Of a stretch of DNA of 64,000 nucleotides, positions 58,053 to 64,000 are shown piece by piece (within the stretch, counting starts at the first letter, position 1; each line of letters opens with the position of its first letter). The translations under genes were made by a program, and so were the position numbers. Under the pieces are notes generated by a model. It ran no database searches and had not been told where the DNA came from. It was given only the letters and a program-made list of their open reading frames with translations. The DNA is taken from NCBI GenBank assembly GCA_045633405.1, contig JAZQYD010000079.1, positions 456-64,455 of the forward strand, in the 5' to 3' direction. Source of the stretch: Eubacteriales bacterium. GTDB taxonomy: Bacteria; Bacillota; Clostridia; Oscillospirales; CAG-272.

Positions 58053-59363
58053 ATGGAAGAAACAAAGCTCGATTATCTCGAGGCTGACCCCGACACGGAC
58101 ATATACAAAAAAAGCCGTGTAATGTACATAATTGAGGCGGCACTCGAATATTTCATATCACTTCTCGTATCGGGAGTGTATCTTGCAAGACTGACGTCAT
58201 CCATCGGTATACCCGACCATATAACGGGTATTCTGAGCTCTCTTACCACCCTCGGATGCAGCGTACAGCTGATCGCTATTCTCTGGGCGAGCAAGGCGAG
58301 AGTCAAGCGTACGGTCATATTTATGCATACGTCAAATCAGCTTCTCTTCACGCTCCTTTACGTTGTGCCCTTCCTCGATCTTACCACGGCGGAGAAAACG
58401 GTCGTCTTCCTCGTCTTCAAGCTCGGCGGTGCACTGATACACAACGTAGTCCAGCCCTTGAAGATCAACTGGTTCATGTCGATGGTAGACGATAACAAGC
58501 GAGGCAAATTCACGGCAAACAAGGAGATAATATCTCTTGCGGGCGGTATCGTCTTCACCTTCGTAATGGGTAACCTCTCCGACCTTCTCGAGTCCCAGGG
58601 CAGAATAGAGGATTCCTTCATCATCTGCGGTATCACGCTCTTCGTTCTTACGGCTCTTCATACCTACACCATGATAGCATCGAGAGAGAAGCCCGTACAG
58701 GAGAAGGACAGACTCCCTCTCAGAAGGATGCTGAGGACTCTCACGAGCGATATGTCCTTCCTCAAGATAGTCCTTGTCTCGGTCATCTGGAGTATCGCTA
58801 CTCACTGCTACACCCCCTTCAACGGCACCTATGCTCTCAAGGAGCTCGGTCTTACCATGACGATGACGTCAATTGTCACGGCTATACAGTCAACGAGCCG
58901 TGCACTCTGCTCACGTCCCTTGGGTAAATACGCCGACAAGAACACCTTTGCGAAGATGCTGAATATCTGCTTCTTCGTTGAGCTTGCCGCATTCACTCTC
59001 AACATATTCACAGTACCCGAAAACGGCAAGGTATTCTACACCGCCTTCCACGTTCTCTACTCGATAGGCCTTGCGGGCATCAACAGCGGTGGCATCAACC
59101 TCATCTACGAGAGAGTGCCGAAGGAGATGCGTATCGTCGCACTCGCATTCAAGAATACCCTTGCGGGACTTATCGGCTTCCTCACTACCCTTCTTTCAAG
59201 CCTGCTCGTCAAGAGAATTCAGGAAAACGGAAACACCCTCTTCGGCATGGACGTCTATGCTCAGCAGGTTCTCTCTCTGTTCAGTGCCGTAGGTGTCGCA
59301 CTGCTTATCGTTTACCTCAACACCGTGGTAAAACGAATGAACGTAAAGAAGGATGAAAAATAA
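58053..59363 (+). CDS. MFS transporter
   Basis: About 12 TM helices, GKYADK loop. Confidence 0.8.
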   Translation: MEETKLDYLEADPDTDIYKKSRVMYIIEAALEYFISLLVSGVYLARLTSSIGIPDHITGILSSLTTLGCSVQLIAILWASKARVKRTVIFMHTSNQLLFTLLYVVPFLDLTTAEKTVVFLVFKLGGALIHNVVQPLKINWFMSMVDDNKRGKFTANKEIISLAGGIVFTFVMGNLSDLLESQGRIEDSFIICGITLFVLTALHTYTMIASREKPVQEKDRLPLRRMLRTLTSDMSFLKIVLVSVIWSIATHCYTPFNGTYALKELGLTMTMTSIVTAIQSTSRALCSRPLGKYADKNTFAKMLNICFFVELAAFTLNIFTVPENGKVFYTAFHVLYSIGLAGINSGGINLIYERVPKEMRIVALAFKNTLAGLIGFLTTLLSSLLVKRIQENGNTLFGMDVYAQQVLSLFSAVGVALLIVYLNTVVKRMNVKKDEK

Positions 59364-59383
59364 ATACCGAAAGGAGGTGCCCC

Positions 59384-60199
59384 GTGGCTAAGGATATACA
59401 GCTTCACATTCCGAATATCACTAACTTCGACGTGAAATATTACTTCAGCAACGAGGATCATAAGCACCCTGAGCGGGTATGGCCCTTCCATCTGCATGAC
59501 CGAATAGAGCTTTATATACTCCTTGAGGGCGACGTATCCTTCCTCGTTGAGTCGACGCTCTATAAGCTCACCTCGGGCGATGCCATCATCACAAAGCCCA
59601 ACGAGATGCATAACTGCATCCTTAATACAAATTCCGTCCACAAGCATCTGTGCTTCTGGTTCGATGCATCGAGCGACTTTATCTTCGGAGACTTCCTCTC
59701 ACACGAGCCGGGTAAAAATAACCTCATAGTCCCCGATGCACAGTCGAAGGAGAGGCTCCTCGAGATTTACAAGAGTCTGAAGGTTGCCTCCGACGGAGAT
59801 GACAGACTCGAGCAGTTCTATCTCACCCTTGAGATGCTCAGAATATTCAGCCGTTTTCTCGGCACCACGTCGACCCATCAGCCCTTCCCCGATATTTTAA
59901 AATCGATACTCGATGATATCGACGGGAACTTCAAGACGATACGCACCCTCGACTATTTCAAGGAGAGGTATTTCATAAGCTCGAGCACTCTCAACCGCCT
60001 TTTCAAGGAATATCTTAACACGACCCCCAAGATGTACCTCGAGTCGAAGCGGCTTGCACACTCGCAGATACTCCTCAAGAGCGGAAAAAGCGTCCTCGCC
60101 GCATGCATGGAGTCGGGCTTCCCCGACTACTCGAATTACATAAGACTCTTCAAGAGGAGATTTCTTATCACCCCGAAGCAGTATCAGGAAAAGAAATAA
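59384..60199 (+). CDS. AraC family transcriptional regulator
   Basis: Cupin HLHD..E plus C-terminal HTH (SGFPDYSNYIRLFK). GTG start with an AGGAGG RBS. Confidence 0.92.
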   Translation: MAKDIQLHIPNITNFDVKYYFSNEDHKHPERVWPFHLHDRIELYILLEGDVSFLVESTLYKLTSGDAIITKPNEMHNCILNTNSVHKHLCFWFDASSDFIFGDFLSHEPGKNNLIVPDAQSKERLLEIYKSLKVASDGDDRLEQFYLTLEMLRIFSRFLGTTSTHQPFPDILKSILDDIDGNFKTIRTLDYFKERYFISSSTLNRLFKEYLNTTPKMYLESKRLAHSQILLKSGKSVLAACMESGFPDYSNYIRLFKRRFLITPKQYQEKK

Positions 60200-60278
60200 A
60201 ATAAAAAAAGAGCAAGAGTAAAAAAATTTCTTTACCTGCTCTTTTCTTTTTTGATGTGCTGTCCCGGCGGACAGCTTT

Positions 60279-62126
60279 TTATATCTTTATATTGGGAGTT
60301 ACTATTCTATTATACTGCACGAATCCGGAAAGTCCCTTCTCGAGTCTTACCTCCTCAAGCTCCTCGATAGCCGAGTCCTCGCCCGAAAGATATCTGTCTA
60401 TAAGGTACTTAGCGGTGTCGCATCTCGCCGCCATTCCGCCGTAACGCACGTCAAGGTTAGCCCAGCCTATTACCTTGTTATTCGCAAACCAGAGGCTCTT
60501 GTGCTCTCTGTGAACCGCCTCTGTCGCCGTCTTGAGTGCGGGGAGAAGCTCCTCGGATATTCTCTTAAGAGTCTCCTTATCGCCCGACTTGTAGGAGGGA
60601 ACGAGATTCTCCGCAATCTCGGTCTTAAGTGCGAGATAATTAAACACGGCATAGGCATAATCGTAGAGATATCCCCACCTTTCGTCACTCTTACCGCGGT
60701 AGAGCTCTGCCGTTTTGCGATAGTGATCGCTCATCTTGCGTGAGAAGAGGTGCGTGTCGTAAAGACCCTCCATTATATCCTGCCAGAAGAGGGGCTTGCC
60801 GAGGAATCTGCGTGAGTAGCTGACGAAGGTCTCGCCCTCGAACTTGTTATGATAGTTAGCCATACTGCCAAAAAGACCGTAGTCCGCACCCGTAACCGCC
60901 TCAAAGCGTGATGCAAGCTTATCCTCGGAGGGATCGGGGTCATACACCATCTCAGCGGTGAACGAAAGACCGAAGAGGTTAGCGAAGGTGTCATTCTCGG
61001 CGTTGTCGTTCGTCCATATGGTGGTCATCGCATCCTTAACACCGTTGTTACGGCAGGCGTTAAGAGAAAACTTGGTAGTTGAATACGCATACCCATTCTC
61101 GGGGAAATGTCCGACCCAGCCCCAAAGACCGCCTGCAAAGAGTGTCTTATTACCAAGTGCCTTATGCTTCTTCAGCATATAATCGTCACATTCGTGCTTC
61201 TCACCGTAGTGCCAGAAGACGAGCTCAACCTCCTTCGGTATCTTAGCCTTAACCTCGTCGGGAATCTCAATCGACTCCTCATAATAGCCGTTTCCGCCTT
61301 GATTGCTGATACGGAAGTACATATCGCTCCACATCATGGGAGTAAGACCGTACTTATTGGTAATGGATATGAGTCTCGCCATATACTCGTTGAAGATGTC
61401 GAAGGGAGGCACGTAGCCGTGAGTGTCAAGGAATTTGCCTCGTCCCATATCCCACGCCTCGTCCATTCCTATATGCACCTTACGTGAGCGGAAGCAGGAT
61501 GAGACGGTCTTGATAAGGCTCTCGACAAACTCAAAGGTCCTCTCCTCTCTTGCAAGAAGGACGCCGTCGGTGTCCCTGATGGGATAGGACTCGGGCCAGA
61601 TGAGGTATTTCTCCATATGACCGTAGCACTCAAGGCAGGGGATGATCTCGATGCCGTACTCATACGCATAATCATCGAGCTGACGGAGCTCTTCGTGAGT
61701 ATATCTGCCTCTCATATAGCCGAAGTAGGGTCTGTCCTCAAGCACAACGGTGTCCTCGGTATAGAGGAGGAGATTGTCATAGCCCATAAGAGCTAAGTAA
61801 TCAACAAGTCTGCACAAAGTCTTCACGGTAGGCACACCGCAGCGTGACGTATCCACCATAACTCCGAGGGTGTCGAAGAATCCGTCCTCGGTGATATCGA
61901 ACCCGTCCTTCTTCCTTGCATTTTCAAGAAGCACGCCCATACCGCGGAAAATCTGATTTTTCTTCTTATAATAAATTACAGCCCTGTTACGAGAAAGACT
62001 AACACCGATACGCTCACCCTGACACACGTCAACGGTGATGCCTTCACCAAGCTCCATTCCGAGCACGGGTGCGAGTCTTTCTATGCTGTTTTGCAATTCC
62101 TTGTTTACATTAAACTTAAATTTCAT
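60279..62126 (-). CDS. GH20 family beta-N-acetylhexosaminidase
   Basis: YMRGRY, YGHME and catalytic HIGMDE. Confidence 0.88.
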   Translation of the reverse strand: MKFKFNVNKELQNSIERLAPVLGMELGEGITVDVCQGERIGVSLSRNRAVIYYKKKNQIFRGMGVLLENARKKDGFDITEDGFFDTLGVMVDTSRCGVPTVKTLCRLVDYLALMGYDNLLLYTEDTVVLEDRPYFGYMRGRYTHEELRQLDDYAYEYGIEIIPCLECYGHMEKYLIWPESYPIRDTDGVLLAREERTFEFVESLIKTVSSCFRSRKVHIGMDEAWDMGRGKFLDTHGYVPPFDIFNEYMARLISITNKYGLTPMMWSDMYFRISNQGGNGYYEESIEIPDEVKAKIPKEVELVFWHYGEKHECDDYMLKKHKALGNKTLFAGGLWGWVGHFPENGYAYSTTKFSLNACRNNGVKDAMTTIWTNDNAENDTFANLFGLSFTAEMVYDPDPSEDKLASRFEAVTGADYGLFGSMANYHNKFEGETFVSYSRRFLGKPLFWQDIMEGLYDTHLFSRKMSDHYRKTAELYRGKSDERWGYLYDYAYAVFNYLALKTEIAENLVPSYKSGDKETLKRISEELLPALKTATEAVHREHKSLWFANNKVIGWANLDVRYGGMAARCDTAKYLIDRYLSGEDSAIEELEEVRLEKGLSGFVQYNRIVTPNIKI

Positions 62127-62138
62127 GTTGTTCACCGA

Positions 62139-63683
62139 TTATCTCTTCCAATATTTTCTATCAAGCGAGCGATACATAATAGCCTCGGCTATATGATCGG
62201 CATTTATCTTCTCCATACCGTCAAGGTCGGCGATCGTTCTCGCCACACGGAGTACTCTGTCATGACCTCTTGCCGAGAAGCCGAGCGAGTCAAACGCCTC
62301 ACGGAGAAGCGACGATGCCTCCTCGTCAAGCTCGCAGTGACGCCTGAGCATCTGTGTTGTCATGTTGGCATTGAGGACACCCTCTGGGTCGCCTGCTCTT
62401 TTAAGACGCTCGTTTGTAAACCTTCTCGACTCGTTTACCCTCTTCCTTATGACCTCGGAGGGCTCTGCGTTATTATTCTTCCTCGCCATCTCGTCATAGG
62501 AAATGCTGGGAAGCTCAATCTCGATATCTATTCTGTCAAGCAGGGGTCCCGATATTTTAGCGAGGTATTTCGCCACCGAGTCGGGCGTGCACTTACACTG
62601 TCTTTTCGGGTCGCCGAAATAACCGCATCTGCACGGGTTCATCGCACACACAAGCATAAATCTCGACGGATAGGTTATCTTCGCCGCCGCACGTGTGACG
62701 GTAACAACTCCGTCCTCAAGAGGCTGGCGTAGTCCCTCGGTCACCGTCTTTGAAAACTCGGGAAGCTCGTCAAGGAAGAGGATGCCGTTATGTGCAAGGG
62801 ATATCTCACCGGGCTTCGGATATACTCCTCCGCCTACAAGTCCGGGCATACTGATCGTATGATGAGGCGAGCGGAAGGGTCTCTCGGTCACAAGACCCGA
62901 GCGGAGCGAGCCGGATACCGAATGTATCTTGGTAGTCTCCAGAGCCTCCTCGAAATTCATATCGGGGAGAATGGATGAAAGACGCTTGGCAAGCATAGAC
63001 TTACCCGTGCCGGGAGGGCCTATCATAAGAATATTATGACCTCCTGCCGCCGCTATCTCAAGAGCTCTTTTCGCCTTCAACTGACCGCACACGTCCTTGA
63101 AGTCGGCATAATCGGTATGCTTCGAGAGGTCTATATCCTCCATGGTGCATCTTGCCTTCGGAATAAGCTCCTCGCCCTTGAAGTGTCTGACGAGAGAGCG
63201 GACGTCACGGACTGCATACACGTCGATGCCTCCGACAACAGCCGCCTCCTCGAGGTTATCGACAGGAACGTATATCTCACGCTTACCGAGATCACGTGCC
63301 GATACTACCATCGGAAGCACACCCTTGACAGCTCTTATTTCACCCGAAAGCGAGAGCTCTCCCACTATACATTTGTCGGAGAAGTCGTATTCACGGGGAA
63401 CAATTCCGTCACTCTGAAGCACCGCTATTAAAATAGCGAGATCAAAGGCCGTTCCCTCCTTCTTCGTGTCGGCGGGTGCAAGATTTATCATTATATCAAG
63501 GGGTGGGAAAACGTAGCCGCTGTTCTCACACGCACTCTGTACTCTTCCCTTCGCCTCCTTGACCGCCGCATCGGGCAAGCCCACGAGCTCGAACCTCGGA
63601 AGTCTGTCCCACGCTGAGCATTCTACGGTCACCTCGTATCCCTCGATACCGAGCACACCGGATGAATATATCTTAGATAGCAT
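62139..63683 (-). CDS. comM: YifB/ComM Mg-chelatase-like AAA+ ATPase
   Basis: VGLPDAAVKE, GPPGTGKS, PFRSPHH, LDELPEF, NPCRCG, SARG. Confidence 0.9.
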   Translation of the reverse strand: MLSKIYSSGVLGIEGYEVTVECSAWDRLPRFELVGLPDAAVKEAKGRVQSACENSGYVFPPLDIMINLAPADTKKEGTAFDLAILIAVLQSDGIVPREYDFSDKCIVGELSLSGEIRAVKGVLPMVVSARDLGKREIYVPVDNLEEAAVVGGIDVYAVRDVRSLVRHFKGEELIPKARCTMEDIDLSKHTDYADFKDVCGQLKAKRALEIAAAGGHNILMIGPPGTGKSMLAKRLSSILPDMNFEEALETTKIHSVSGSLRSGLVTERPFRSPHHTISMPGLVGGGVYPKPGEISLAHNGILFLDELPEFSKTVTEGLRQPLEDGVVTVTRAAAKITYPSRFMLVCAMNPCRCGYFGDPKRQCKCTPDSVAKYLAKISGPLLDRIDIEIELPSISYDEMARKNNNAEPSEVIRKRVNESRRFTNERLKRAGDPEGVLNANMTTQMLRRHCELDEEASSLLREAFDSLGFSARGHDRVLRVARTIADLDGMEKINADHIAEAIMYRSLDRKYWKR

Positions 63684-63816
63684 CGTCATTCTCCTTAAGA
63701 GATTATCTTTATATTTATTGTACATCTTTTTTATTTATAAATCAAGTGATTAGTTGACTTTTGAAGCTCTTTATTATATAATTATTTCAGAAAAACAGCT
63801 AAGCGAGGTGCTACCT

Positions 63817-64000
63817 ATGCAAATATTCAAGAACGTAATGCTAAGAGGCGAGATCACCGATATCACCGTCGACGGCGGAGTTATAAAAGCGATCGGAAGA
63901 ACCGATGAGTCGGGACTTGACTGCACGGGGCTTTCCGTCTACCCGGGACTTATAGATACACACAGCCACGGAGTCCTCGGACTCGATGCATCCGATATGA
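63817..64000 (+). CDS. nagA: N-acetylglucosamine-6-phosphate deacetylase, 5' part (runs off the window)
   Basis: Translated by hand: MQIFKN...YPGLIDTHSHG, the amidohydrolase HxHG motif. GAGGTG RBS, near a GH20 gene. Confidence 0.7.
   Translation, partial: MQIFKNVMLRGEITDITVDGGVIKAIGRTDESGLDCTGLSVYPGLIDTHSHGVLGLDASDM

Overview
Gene-dense chromosomal window from what looks like a spore-forming Clostridia-type Firmicute (spoIIE with a Spo0A box, sigma-A consensus promoters, Gram-positive galT, clostridial rnfCDGEAB order). All family assignments were made by eye from motifs, not by database search. Contents, left to right: edge of a possible DUF559-type gene with a REP-like double hairpin; SGNH and MBL hydrolases; fprA-rubredoxin-ZIP; a CUT1-type ABC importer with an OB-fold lipoprotein and a multidomain 5'-nucleotidase; a ~15 kb minus-strand cluster of a GldA/GldF/GldG-like ABC system, a 1015-aa DUF4340-like protein and three exported trigger-factor-like proteins, with rnhA inside it; trpS; tartrate dehydrogenase; a very acidic orphan; spoIIE; rlmL-GDPD-MFS; ribF-prmA-rsmE; cdaR-ctpA-greA-lysS followed by a probable integration scar; an FMN-lipoprotein/apbE/rnf flavinylation locus; MATE, galT, MFS/AraC, GH20, comM/yifB and the start of nagA. 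No rRNA, tRNA, CRISPR array, transposase or integrase was seen. The best candidate for an undescribed system is the Gld-like ABC plus exported trigger-factor cluster, in which degenerate FKBP-like modules appear to recur in both the chaperone-like proteins and the ABC accessory protein.
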